Shown here: piece after piece, positions 12,647 through 24,200 of the stretch
Layout: each line of letters opens with the position of its first letter
How positions within the stretch are numbered: the stretch's first letter is position 1
Assembly: GCA_017654855.1 (NCBI GenBank)
Contig: CM030337.1
Location: 3,162,001 to 3,226,000, forward strand
Source: Podospora anserina
Taxonomy: Eukaryota
DNA length: 64,000 bases
Direction: 5' to 3'
Translations under genes and position numbers: made by a program
Notes under the pieces: model-generated
Seen by the model: only the letters and a program-made list of their open reading frames with translations
Database searches by the model: none
What the model was told of the DNA's origin: nothing

Positions 12647-14047
12647 GTCAGAGTACCGGACATGGTATTTGCGGAGCAGAACTCACATCAATAGACTCCC
12701 CTCCCGGAGCTTGGTCATCAAGTGATAGCTGAGCAAGGCGTTTCTTGCGCTCTTGTATCTTCAAGATTTGCTTGAATCCGACATGTATTAGCTTTTATTC
12801 TTCAGTCAGCGACGAGGAAGCGTACCGGCTCAATCGTTTCTTCCGTCACATATCTAAGAATCTTGACCGGCCGAGTCTGGCCCATCCTGAGCACTCGGGC
12901 AACAGCTTGTGCTTCGATGGCTGGGTTGTAGATTGGTTCGACGAGGTGGACGACATTTGCTGCTGTGATGGTCAAACCAACGGCGCCGGAATTGATGGTC
13001 AGAAGTAAGACTGGGATGTCTGGATTTGTGCTGAAGTTGTCGATGATTGCTGTGCGATCTGTTGCGTTGACCATCCCGTCGATCCTCAGAAATGGGAGGG
13101 AGCATTCAGTGAGCAGGATTTGGAGTAAATTGAGGGTCGTCCGCCAGGAGGTAAAGACAACACTATGGTTTATTAGACTATTGAGCTGGCGGCTGGATGG
13201 TACTTGTGCGTACCTTTTGCTGCCGTCAGCATTGAAATGTTTCTCTATGTTTTGCGCAACAGTGAGGAGCTTGGAGGAGTACCCTGCTGTGGAACTGGTT
13301 GGAGATCGCGCTGGAGAAGGGACTACCGGAAACCGGTGTAGATGCACTACTTGACGTCACAGATACGCTCAGAAGGCTGTTTTTGGTCGCCAAAAATGGT
13401 TGAGGCTTTGAAGTGACCAACAACTGCCCGCACAGAGGGCACTGTTTGGCCCCACTGAGAGATGAACTGGAGTCCTCATCCATACAGCAGAAGACGCATG
13501 AGTCGCCCCCGGTCATCTCTAGTTCTCTCGATTTCGACCGATTACGAGGCCGCTGGTGCTGATTTGAGGTGACAAAAGTCCCATGATTGCAAAGCATCCG
13601 AAGCTTTTGCGCAGTCTGGAAGAGGATGTTGAAGCTCTTCAACTCAGACTTCCCGCAAGCCTGCCGTTCATACTCGGCTCGACAATCATACAGAATGGCT
13701 TCGTACGCTGCAGTCTCTTCGGGAGAATGGCTTATCAAAACCGTCTCAGTGGTGGATGGTGGCAAGTCGAGCAAGGTCTCCGTTCTCCGCAGACACATTG
13801 TGTTGAAGAGGAGCTTGAGATTTCGAAAAGACTCGCTCATAGTTGGATCGTTGCGGATAGGATCAACGATCAGTCTATCGAACCTTTTGGCATCTGACAG
13901 GGGCCCATTTCGCAGGAGGTGGAGCAGTGATCGCAGGTCTGATAGGCTGTTCTGGATGGGAGTCCCCGTAAGACACCACCTCCGTTCAGCCTGAAGCGAG
14001 TGAGCTGCTGTGAAGATGACCCTGTCGAAATTCCGAATACAGTGGGC
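12647..14047 (-). pseudogene. SNF2-family (Rad5/Rad16-like) helicase, 5'-truncated and frameshifted
   Basis: HCIRN, RWCLTGTPIQN, CLRRT, LRMLCNH, RIDG, GAVGLTITAANVVHLVEP.YNPAIEAQAVARVLRMGQ. Frame change near 13300-13350; no Walker A/B exon found upstream of the splice acceptor at 14048. Confidence 0.8.
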
Positions 14048-14659
14048 TGCGTTTCATATATCAGTTAATCCATATGATCTTCCCGGTCAAAAGAAATGTA
14101 TTGCCGCTTTTGGACTTGGGTGGGGTGTGTAGTTAGGAGCAGCACTGCCTCTTCCACCCTACCCTCCTGCCCATTTCAGCCTGGAAAAAATGTGTTTGAT
14201 TTCGAAATGTCCAAATTAACCAGCTTAAGCTCGAATAACGAATTTGCAAGTCAAGGTAAAGGCAAAGTTGAATCGTCATATAAACCAACATACTGCTTGT
14301 CTTAACTACAGTTCCATTTCATATTTACATACCTACCTAAGCTTCTTTATCACTTCCTATCAACAAATTAGCACTTATGGCGTCATACCTCCCTAGTTCC
14401 CTTGGCATCAGCTGCCGCTTTCACAGGCTTAGTTACTGCAGTCAAATCATCTTAGGAGCCTCGCGGCTGCTAAAGGAAACCAGATCAAATAAAGTTTGTT
14501 GTGGCGCTTGGAACTACGTCAAGCCAACTAGCCCGATCCCGAGTTATTCGAGTGGGCCAAATGACGTCTCTACCAAGTGTTCTACAGCCACCTATCTTCA
14601 TGACAAAACAGGGTACTCGAAGTGATGAAAGAGGCGGGATCCAGAAGGATCTAGAGTAG

Positions 14660-14800
14660 TGTGACGGGCTATAAATTAATAGAGACCCCCAGACCCCTCC
14701 TGTGACACGCTATGATAGAAAAATAGAGAGAGAGATTGAATGAGAGATTAGCTTAGCTGTGTGCGGCTAGCTTGCAAGCCCAGTCATCTGATCTCCGACA
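14660..14800. mobile_element. Short LTR-like fragment abutting the NLR 3' end
   Basis: TGTGAC...CCGACA termini (second TGTGACA at 14701) and a GA-rich tract. It supplies the NLR's last codons and stop. No target-site duplication seen. Confidence 0.4.
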
Positions 14801-17800
14801 CCTTCTCCCTTAGCTGCAGCGCCTGCCGATGCATTTGCTCTGCCTCCTCATACCTCCCCTGGCTACCAAGCACAAGCGCAAGGTTGTTCATGCTGGTGAG
14901 CGTGTTAGGATGCTCCTTGCCCGACACCTTCTCCCTTAGCTGCAGCGCCTGCCGATGCATCTGCTCTGCCTCCTCATACCTCCCCTGGCTATCGAGCACA
15001 AGCGCAAGGTTGTTCATGCTGGTGAGCGTGTCAGGATGCTCCTTGCCCGACACCTTCTCCCTTAGCTGTAGCGCCTGCCGATGCATCTGCTCTGCCTCCT
15101 CATACCTCCCCTGCCTACCAAGCACAAGCGCAAGGTTGTTCATGCTGGTGAGCGTGTTAGGATGCTCCTTGCCCAACACCTTCTCCCTTAGCTGTAGCGC
15201 CTGCCGATGCATTTGCTCTGCCTCCTTATACCTCCCCTGGCTACCAAGCACAAACGCAAGGTTGTTCATGCTGGTGAGCGTGTCAGGATGCTCCTTGCCC
15301 AACACCTTCTCAGATAGCTGTAGCGCCTGCCGATGTATTTGCTCTGCCTCCTTATACCTCCCCTGCCTACCAAGCACACCCGCAAGGTTGTTCATGCTGG
15401 TGAGCGTGTCAGGATGCTCCTTGCCCAACACCTTCTCCCTTAGCTGTAGCGCCTGCCGATGCATTTGCTCTGCCTCCTCATACCTCCCCTGCCTACCAAG
15501 CACAAGCGCAAGGTTGTTCATGCTGGTGAGCGTGTTAGGATGCTCCTTGCCCGACACCTTCTCAGATAGCTGTAGCGCCTGCCGATGTATTTGCTCTGCC
15601 TCCTTATACCTCCCCTGCCTACCAAGCACAAGCGCAAGGTTGTTCATGCTGGTAAGCGTGTTAGGATGCTCCTTGCCCAACACCTTCTCCCTTAGCTGTA
15701 GCGCCTGCCGATGCATTTGCTCTGCCTCCTCATACCTCCCCTGGCTACCAAGCACAAGCGCAAGGTTGTTCATGCTGGTGAGCGTGTTAGGATGCTCCTT
15801 GCCCAACACCTTCTCCCTTAGCTGTAGCGCCTGCCGATGCATTTGCTCTGCCTCCTTATACCTCCCCTGGCTACCAAGCACAAACGCAAGGTTGTTCATG
15901 CTGGTGAGCGTGTTAGGATGCTCCTTGCCCGACACCTTCTCCCATAGCTGCAGCGCCTGCCGATGTATTTGCTCTGCCTCCTCATACCTCCCCTGGCTAT
16001 CGAGCACACCCGCAAGGTTGTTCATGCTACCAAGCGTGTCAGGATGCTCCTTGCCCAACACCTTCTCCCTTAGCTGTAGCGCCTGCCGATGCATTTGCTC
16101 TGCCTCCTCATACCTCCCCTGGCTATCAAGCACAAGCGCAAGGTCGTTCATGCTGGTGAGCGTGTTAGGATGCTCCTTGCCCGACACCTTCTCCCTTAGC
16201 TGCAGCGCCTGCCGATGCATTTGCTCTGCCTCCTCATACCTCCCCTGGCTATCGAGCACAAGCGCAAGGTTGTTCATGCTGGTGAGCGTGTCAGGATGCT
16301 CCTTGCCCGACACCTTCTCACTTAGCTGCAGCGCCTGCCGATGCATTTGCTCTGCCTCCTCATACCTCCCCTGCCTACCAAGCACACCCGCAAGGTTGTT
16401 CATGCTGGTGAGCGTGTCAGGATGCTCCTTGCCCAACACCTTCTCAGATAGCTGTAGCGCCTGCCGATGTATTTGCTCTGCCTCCTTATACCTCCCCTGC
16501 CTACCAAGCACACCCGCAAGGTTGTTCATGCTGGTGAGCGTGTCAGGATGCTCCTTGCCCGACACCTTCTCAGATAGCTGTAGCGCCTGCCGATGTATTT
16601 GCTCTGCCTCCTTATACCTCCCCTGCCTACCAAGCACAAGCGCAAGGTTGTTCATGCTGGTAAGCGTGTTAGGATGCTCCTTGCCCAACACCTTCTCCCT
16701 TAGCTGTAGCGCCTGCCGATGCATTTGCTCTGCCTCCTCATACCTCCCCTGCCTACCAAGCACAAGCGCAAGGTTGTTCATGCTGGTGAGCGTGTTAGGA
16801 TGCTCCTTGCCCGACACCTTCTCAGATAGCTGTAGCGCCTGCCGATGTATTTGCTCTGCCTCCTTATACCTCCCCTGCCTACCAAGCACAAGCGCAAGGT
16901 TGTTCATGCTGGTAAGCGTGTTAGGATGCTCCTTGCCCGACACCTTCTCCCATAGCTGTAGCGCCTGCCGATGCATCTGCTCTGCCTCCTTATACTTCCC
17001 TAAATTGCGAAAGCTCTCACCCACTTTGGAAAGAAGACCTGTTGTCGCTTCCTCGTCATCTGTTCTCTTCCGTAGTTGAAGAGCATGTTGCGTATGAGGA
17101 AGATACCTTATCCACTCTTCTTGGTTTTCGTGTTTGGGCCAAGGAAATATATCGTTAAGCCGTTCTAACACTTTGGCTGTCCATTCCTGTCGCTCTCCCT
17201 TTCCATCTAACCAGCTCAGCATCGATATCTGAACTAGCCGATGGATATCGTAGCTATCCGACTCATTCTGTTGGGAGATAAATGCATACGCCTTCAGGGT
17301 CCCGATTGCTTCAACAGTCTCTAGCGTCCCCGCCGGCGGCAACAGGGAGTGCGGAATATCCTTCCCGGCTAGAAGGCACAGAAATCTGAGGTAGTCAGCC
17401 GCCAGCGCGTCGTGATCTGAGATTTGCTGGAACGAAATCAGCCAAGTTGTGGCGACAGCATTTTGAATGTTTTTATATCGGTGTCGGTCGTCAAAGTGAC
17501 TACTCAACAACTTAACTATATCCTCATCACTGGAGTTGCATAGCTTGAGGTACCGCGCAGTCGAGATCTGCTCCTTGGCCATATAAGCAGACGCTTGCCG
17601 TATTGCCAGAGGGAGGTTAGTAAGAAACTCTAGCAACGCATTGTTGCTTCTTGTGTCGCTCATCTGAGAACCTTTTAGGTTTTTCCCTAATAGCTTAAGG
17701 GCCTCGTCTCTGCTCATTTCTTCAACTGCGATAATATGATTTTCAGACTCGACCAGCCTTAATCCAAGTTTGTGGTTTCGGGTTGTGAAAAGAATAGATC

Positions 17801-19416
17801 CTTTCCGGCTGAATGGAAGATAGTCGGCAAGGGCGGTATCCCCAAAGAGTAGCTTTTCATCGTCGGCGTTGTCGATGATCAAAAGCCAATTACCCATACT
17901 CTCGCGGCCCAATACGGACTTGATAAGTGCCTTGACATCTGCTTTTTCTTCGTTGATTCCCGGTACCTTGAGCTGCTGGCCGATAGCGCGGTATGCATTC
18001 TCGAAAGCGGTGGTATCTATAGCGGGAACCCAAAAGACCGAGCATTCCGGCTGTACGTCGCGAATGCGATAAGCGGTCTCTAGCGCGATCTGCGTCTTTC
18101 CAACCCCCCCCAGACCTTCGATGGCGGTCCGTTGGCAGTCATCTTCGTCTCCACTAGGAAGAACCCTCTTAAAAAGATCTTCGACAATTGATTCACGCCC
18201 GACGAATTCCTTATTACGTCCGAACCGGACGATCCAGTGTCCCTTCACGGTAGCTTCGCCATATTAGTACTATTCTGGCCGTATCAGCCTACCCAGGAGA
18301 TGATCAGCTTACAGTTCTTCCGCAGTTTCAAAATAACCGATGCGTCTCCAGCGAGTTTCCTGACCGCATCTTTAACTAATTTAAAGTTGGGACATTCTGG
18401 ACCTTGGAATTTGTTCATCCCTGAATGGGTCGCATCCAAGCCTTGGCGAGGGAAACCATGCAGGCAGGCCGAAGACTCCGTCACAAGCTATTAAGGTCAG
18501 TTAAATATTACGAACGGGGGCAAATAACGTACAATCTTGCGGGTAACACTCCTTGACAGGCGCTTCGCCCACCCCGGCGATAGAATGCCTTTTAACATCT
18601 CCGTCTCCCTAATCTCAAAAAAGCAACTCAGGGGCAGTTTCACTGCCTTAGCATTAGCGATCTCGGCGAACTTCTGAACGCGCTGGCGGACGGAGTCGTG
18701 TTTCTGCTCAAGGTCTTTTATGAGTTGGTCAGAGGCCTGCTTTCCCATAATGCCGGCAACCAGCACCTGCCACTGAGCCTGCTTCGCAGCATCACTACCG
18801 TGGAATGGAGTGGCGAGAAACACGATGCCGACAGTGGAAATCAGGATATGTTTATAGGCGCTGCCTTCCTGGGCAGCTCGGTTAATCGCCTGGGGAGGTT
18901 AACCGCTGCCCGCCGTATATGATCTATGGACATACCTCGGCCAGAATAAGCCCTCCAAAACAAGAGGCGACGAAGATAATCGGTCGCGTTTGCGAACCAC
19001 GGCCTTCGGCGATAAGACCGAGTAGCGTATCGGCATGGCCGAGCAGCGTCTGCACGGGTGCATTTTCGAAGTAGTTTGCATTCCAGTCGTACGTATATAT
19101 GCGGGCCTTTGGTAGGGCTGCCGGCAGCATGTCGGCGTCCGACAGCCAGTTCACAACCCCATCCCCATTTCTTTTCTTAAACTCCCATGTCCGCGGCGAC
19201 TCGGTGCCCAATCCGTGGATTGCGATAATACTGTCCGGTTAGACGTGCCTCTATGCGTTCGACCGGGTGGAACTTACTCGATCGTCGCGTCGTCGGGAGC
19301 GTTGTCGACTGGGACGATCCGGCGGAGTCCCCTGCAAGCCTAAGGATGGAGTGCCGGTAGTTAGCATCGGTCGCCGCTTCTTATATAGAGAGCGATCTCA
19401 CCTCTGTCGTGGTCAT
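14784..19416 (-). CDS. Fungal NLR: SesB-like alpha/beta-hydrolase + NB-ARC + TPR array
   Basis: Spliced model MTTTE|ACRG..ATID|IIAIHGLG..IYTYDW..IFVASCFGGL..FLATPFHGS..DATHSGMNKF; FVGRE, Walker A GLGGVGKT, Walker B LLIIDNAD, ILFTTR, LPLAI; then 42-aa TPRs. Introns ~19340-19401, 19232-19277, 18891-18935, 18488-18531, 18254-18312. Frame intact. Confidence 0.93.
14795..16998 (-). repeat. Tandem 126-bp coding repeat, 17 full units plus one partial (TPR array)
   Basis: Unit GRY(E/K)EAEQ(M/I)HRQALQL(R/S/W)EKV(L/S)GKEHP(N/D)TLTSMNNLA(L/G/F)VL(G/D)(R/S)Q, counted directly in the translation. Confidence 0.98.
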
Positions 19417-19586
19417 CCTGGGAATATTCTGAAAAGCGGGGCTCGTATTGCGCACCAGGCTGGTAAGGGTCAGCTTCAATCGCGGCGGTTACTATGTTAA
19501 GGTCGCCGTAAGAACGAAAGTGATGGAGAGAGGAGTATTAGACTTAGCGAGACCTATAATGAGGCGCTGTTTGGCCTTTGTATGCG

Positions 19587-19914
19587 TGTCACACGTCAAA
19601 CGACCAACCAGCCACATCACGGCCCAACCGCTATCGAGAACCAATGGTTGGAAGTAAGGCAGGCAATCAAATGCCTCGCGGTTATCAAAGGAATAGTATT
19701 GGACACGGAGTATATCGAAGGACTTGGCAGCGGCCTGAGATCGCCTAATGCTTACCGCCCAAAGCGCCAAGAAACGCCATATCCAACTACTTTAAGCCAT
19801 GGTCCTGACATCAACTCTGATGCGACGCACCTGGGTAAGTATTCACAGCGCCCTTCAAAACCGCGGACGATCAAACCGTCGAGTCGTGTTTACGATTGCG
19901 GAACCCTTGTCTCT
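19587..19914 (+). mobile_element. Degenerate solo LTR, family A
   Basis: Starts TGTCACACGT; core GTAAGGCAGGCAATCA...GAAGGACTTGGCAGCGGCCTGAG aligns with the copies at 32925-33274 and 45029-45372; ends CCCTTGTCTC. Internal deletion; no clear target-site duplication. Confidence 0.7.
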
Positions 19915-19971
19915 CGACGCTTCAAGCGGGTCAAGACGAACGGCGGAGAAATCGAAACTAAGGAATAAGGT

Positions 19972-21228
19972 ATGGCAATAGGATTAAGCATCCCGCAGTC
20001 ACGGCCGGCTAGTTTAGTTAACAGAGTGCGCATAGTGGCTCCTGTATGTCCTCCGGCTCCGGAAAGCAGGCGACGTGCCGACTCGTCCAGTCCCGACAAT
20101 TACCCTCCGTCGCCCCCGTCCGCGTTCCACGTGGCTCCGCCACGTCCCCCGCTCTGGCCGGTACGCTAGCAGCACCACCGCCGTGCAAGTGTGCGTACTC
20201 TCTGACAATTGTATTTATAGCTCGAAACCGACGTATTTGGGAAACGATAAGAGGAAATCACCGCGGATGGCTTGCCGGCTGCTTATCGCTACCACGAGGC
20301 CCCTAGAAAGCGCGTCGTCGGTAACCCAGCTAACGATATACTGGCTTTCTTAAGGACGGAACTGTCTCTCGGCGGTCTGGCCGACATGCTCAAGCATCTC
20401 TGGTTTGCTGGCGCAGAACGTCCCGCCACCCCGCTGCACTTTCATGTCTCCATGGGCCGGGAGGTCGCCATCGCCGACCGGATGGACCTCCACCTGCTCT
20501 GGTCTAATAAAGGGAGGCTCTTCATCAAACCCGTCCCGCGCTTTCTTCTTAATCCAGCCTTTTGTCGCAGCAACCTGCAGTGCCCTGATGGCTGTGCGTG
20601 CTATAATCCCCCGGCAGATACGTGCCGGGGAATAGCAAGGAAAGTCGCCTTGGGTTTCCTCTACACATACGTCTGTCTCATATCATGCGAGACCGACTTC
20701 CACATCGCCAACGAAACGCGCCTCCTGCCTTGAAATGAAGACGACTCGCCAATCAAATGGGCAGACTGGAAGGCCTTGGCCAGGGAAGTCCTCCAAGTGC
20801 ACGAACGCGACCCAGATGTGGTCCACCCACGCTTTCTGCGCGCCGAGCTTCGCCTCTCCCGCATCAACACCATCCATCGCTTCACCCGCCTCCCTCCCTT
20901 CCACCCCTACGTCCGCGACTGGCACAACTATAGCAGCCTCTTTCACGATAATCTTGCGTGGATGGCCACTGCCGCTGTCTTTCTGGCCCTGGTGCTGACC
21001 GCGATGCAGGTCGGCCTTGCCACGGAGCGACTCCAACAAGACACCACCTTCCAGCAGGCGTCGTACGGCTTCACCGTATTCGCTATTCTAGGGCCTATAT
21101 GCGCGTTCGGCCTAGTGGCGCTGGGTACGCTGTTCAACCTCGTCAATGACCTACCGCTGCTCATCGGAAGACGGCGCAACTGCGCAGTGCATGAAACCTC
21201 GGGTGAAGTTAGTCACGCGGCGCCCTGA
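19972..21228 (+). pseudogene. DUF6601-like membrane protein pseudogene
   Basis: KHLWFAG, PLHFH..GRE, DLHLLW, FIKPVPRFLL, ELRLSRIN, LVLTAMQVGLAT, ASYGFTVF. In-frame stops at ~20248 (TAA) and 20731 (TGA); predicted intron 20161-20220. Confidence 0.75.
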
Positions 21229-21280
21229 TTACCAAAAGTATTGATATTGAGCAGTGTCCGACGGCGTGACGAGTGTCATA

Positions 21281-24200
21281 TGTGAGGGAACGGTCTTATG
21301 ACTTATTTTTTTATTATCATGCCTACTCCGTTCTACCCTAAAAAGAGTGTGTCGGTCCTGCTGATGCTGTTTATATAGGAAAAACCGTGCTTGGAGCCGG
21401 CTGAAAAACCTATATCGGTAACAAATAGGAAACAGTTCTTAAAAAAGCCAGATGGTAGCAAAATAAGGAAAGGCCCCAATACGGCCTTGAGCACTAGTTG
21501 TCCTCGACTTCCGCTCCGGCCGCCGCTTCCACCTCTTCCTCTCCTATTAATATATCCTCCTGTTTTAATTCCAGTTTTCTTGCTAAGCTGTATTCCATTA
21601 AGCGACCGGAATCCATTAGCCAGCCCAGAACCTTTCCTGATAGCCTTTGGTTCCGGGAACCTATACCTTGTAATACGAGGCTAGGATCTCGGTGCGTGCG
21701 GATGCTGTTTGTTGGCCAGGGTTTAGGCTTCGGTGGTACTGGGTACTATATAACGAGGTGCTTAACTATTTCACGGCCTTTTCCGCAAGCACAGTGGGGA
21801 GTGACTAGGCCTGGGACTTGCTACTTGAATAGGAAGTCTCGTAGACCTATTACTTTTGTGCGAGCCTGGACTAGTAAAAAGCTCTGAACTTTAGTTAAAT
21901 CCTTGTGTTTCTTCAGGGTCTTGTCTGTGAAGAGTATCTCTGGTAGTCCTTCGTCTACTATCCTGGCAGGTCGCCCTTCGACCTGCTTTCTCCAGCGGTT
22001 TTCCCATGCTTGGCACAGTGCTACTTTTGTCGTGGGTTACGGGGTCTCTCTCTGGCTCTCGCTTTGGTTCTGGTGCTGGCTGGTCCACTGGTTGATGGTG
22101 ATAACAGATCTCTCAATGACTGTGGGTTCCTATAGGTGGACGGGTCTTTGGCCTGGCCTCCGTCTTTGGAAGCGTCGGTACATCCTATTGCACGCTTCTT
22201 GGACGAGCTGCCCTGGTGGGTGCTTTGATACATCTGGTCCCTGCCCACTGTGCAAGCATGGGTCCTGTAGCCGGGCTTCAAAGTCTGCCAGTCTCTTGTT
22301 GAGGTATAAGTCCAGTGGTGGCACCCAGGTTTCGGTTTCTATGTTGCTGGTTGGTGTAGTCTTGTATGCTCCAGTCACTATCCTGAGGTTCCTTGACTAG
22401 GCCTTCGCCAGCCTCCTCGCCGCACCTTGCGGTTGACCTCCAGCTGGAGTGGGTGTGTGGTAGTTGGCAGCTCCATAAGCTATGGCGCTTCCGATGCACT
22501 CAGTGTATACCTCTCGCGCCCTTATAAGGCCTGGGCCCCAAGTTTTGGCTGCAATCGGGACAGTGCGTAGTCTTGAGTTTTTAGCTTTCAAGCACCTTCG
22601 CTTTGTGTGCTCTCCAGTTTAGTCTCTAGTCTAACCATATACCTAAGAATATAGCATAAGGCTATAGTTTAATTTCCGCACCGTCTCGGCTCGCTAGCTG
22701 AGCCAAGTATAGTGGCTCAGTCCACTGAGCTCGGCCCTTATTAAAGTATATCAGTTCGCTCTTCGCTAGGTTAAATTCCATGCCGTAAGCTATAGCCCGC
22801 TGTAGGCAGGTCAACTAAGCTTCCTCGAATTGCCGGCAGTTAGTGCTGGAGTGTTTTCCGAAGGCTAGCATATTCGTATCGTCGGCGAATCCTATAAGGC
22901 TTTATCTGAGTGTTTGTCTTTGAGCTCCTTGTATAAGGAGGCGATGTACAAGATGAAGAGGGCTGGTGAGAGGGGGGAGCCCTGTGGAACTCCAGCTCGG
23001 ATGCTGATTTTCTGTGTCTTTTGGCCGTTCAAGGAAAGTGTGGCTTTTTGGTCTGTCAGCTAGTTTCTCACCCAGTATACAAGCCACTGTGGAAAGCCCT
23101 GGTCTCGGAGAGTTGCGAGTAGTCGGGTGTAGTTTACTCTGTCGAAAGCACCTATGAGATCGAGTGTAGTAGTGTGGCCGTGGCTCGCTGTTTCCAGGCC
23201 TTTCTCACTTGAGCTGTTACTAGTCTTATTGCCAGTTCTATGGACCTATGCTCCTGTTAGCTATTTGCTCCTTTGGAAGTAGTCCGTGTGACTCGGCTGT
23301 TTCCGTTATCCGTTTTGTAATTACTGCCTCGATGATCTTCCTAATGGTAGGTAGTAGCGATATTGGCCTGTATCCTCCCGGGGTCTGGTAGTCTGCTAGC
23401 TTCTTCCTAGATTTGGGTGGCTATGGTTATAGCCTCCTTTAACCTCTTAGGTTACCACTCTAGTTCGAAACATCTCTGCACTAATACTAACGGTCTCAAA
23501 GTAGTATATTGCAACTAGCTAGGCCACTCTACGAGTACACTGAACTTGAAGAAGAAAGGAAAAGAGAAAGAGAAAGTTTGATAACATAAGCTTCTAATGT
23601 GGCTGGGCGTGTTAGCCAGTGCGCGGAGATAAGAAGGTCCTGGAGTGGTGGTGTGCGTTCTGGGAATAGCTTTATTAGGGCCGAGGGTTGCCGAGGTCCA
23701 TGCCAGGGCTCAGCCCATTACAAGTACTGCCAGGATCTTGTACAGTGGGTTGCCACAGGTCTTTAAGAAGCCGATAGGTAGGTGGTCGTTTCCGGGTGCT
23801 TTCTATGACGAGGCTCAAGATAAGGCTAGTTTAATATCGTCAGGCCATACCCTCTTGTGTATCTGGAAAAGTGACTGCCAAGGCGTGGACAGAGTAGGGT
23901 CTTGGACATTTGACGAGTTAGCTGGTGGGCCTGGGAAGAATCGATTAGCGAGGGTCGTGGGTAGTTAATAGTGTACCGGCTTAGTCTTTAAAGGTAAGTA
24001 GCCGGGGAGGGCCGGTTGGTTTGAAGCTTTTGCAGCGAGCCCACCGTTCCAGCTTCCACAGTAGTGTGGTATCACGTGTGGCTTTTTGTAGTGCAGTTCT
24101 CCAAGTCTTAGTCTTCGCTTCCTTGACTACTTTGATAGACTCTTGTATTTGCGGTTAAGTTAGGCTTAGTTATACTCCGTGGGTGTATTCTTTAGGATCC

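Noticed and set aside
14445-14525. Possible fourth, very degenerate family-A LTR core
   Set aside because: Only short matches (GCCTCGCGG, AAAGGAA, CTTGG) and no termini found.
14795-16998. CRISPR-like array
   Set aside because: Contiguous 126-bp coding repeats with no unique spacers, in a eukaryotic gene.
14761-17079. 772-aa Cys/Ser/Leu-rich ORF on the plus strand
   Set aside because: Antisense shadow of the TPR array: a stop-free repeat unit stays open when tandemly copied, and there is no ATG start.
19635-19745. Shared motif upstream of several genes (GCCAAG and CCAAT boxes) as a novel regulatory module or ncRNA
   Set aside because: Extending the alignment showed it is the core of a solo LTR with TG..CA ends and 5-bp target-site duplications in two copies.
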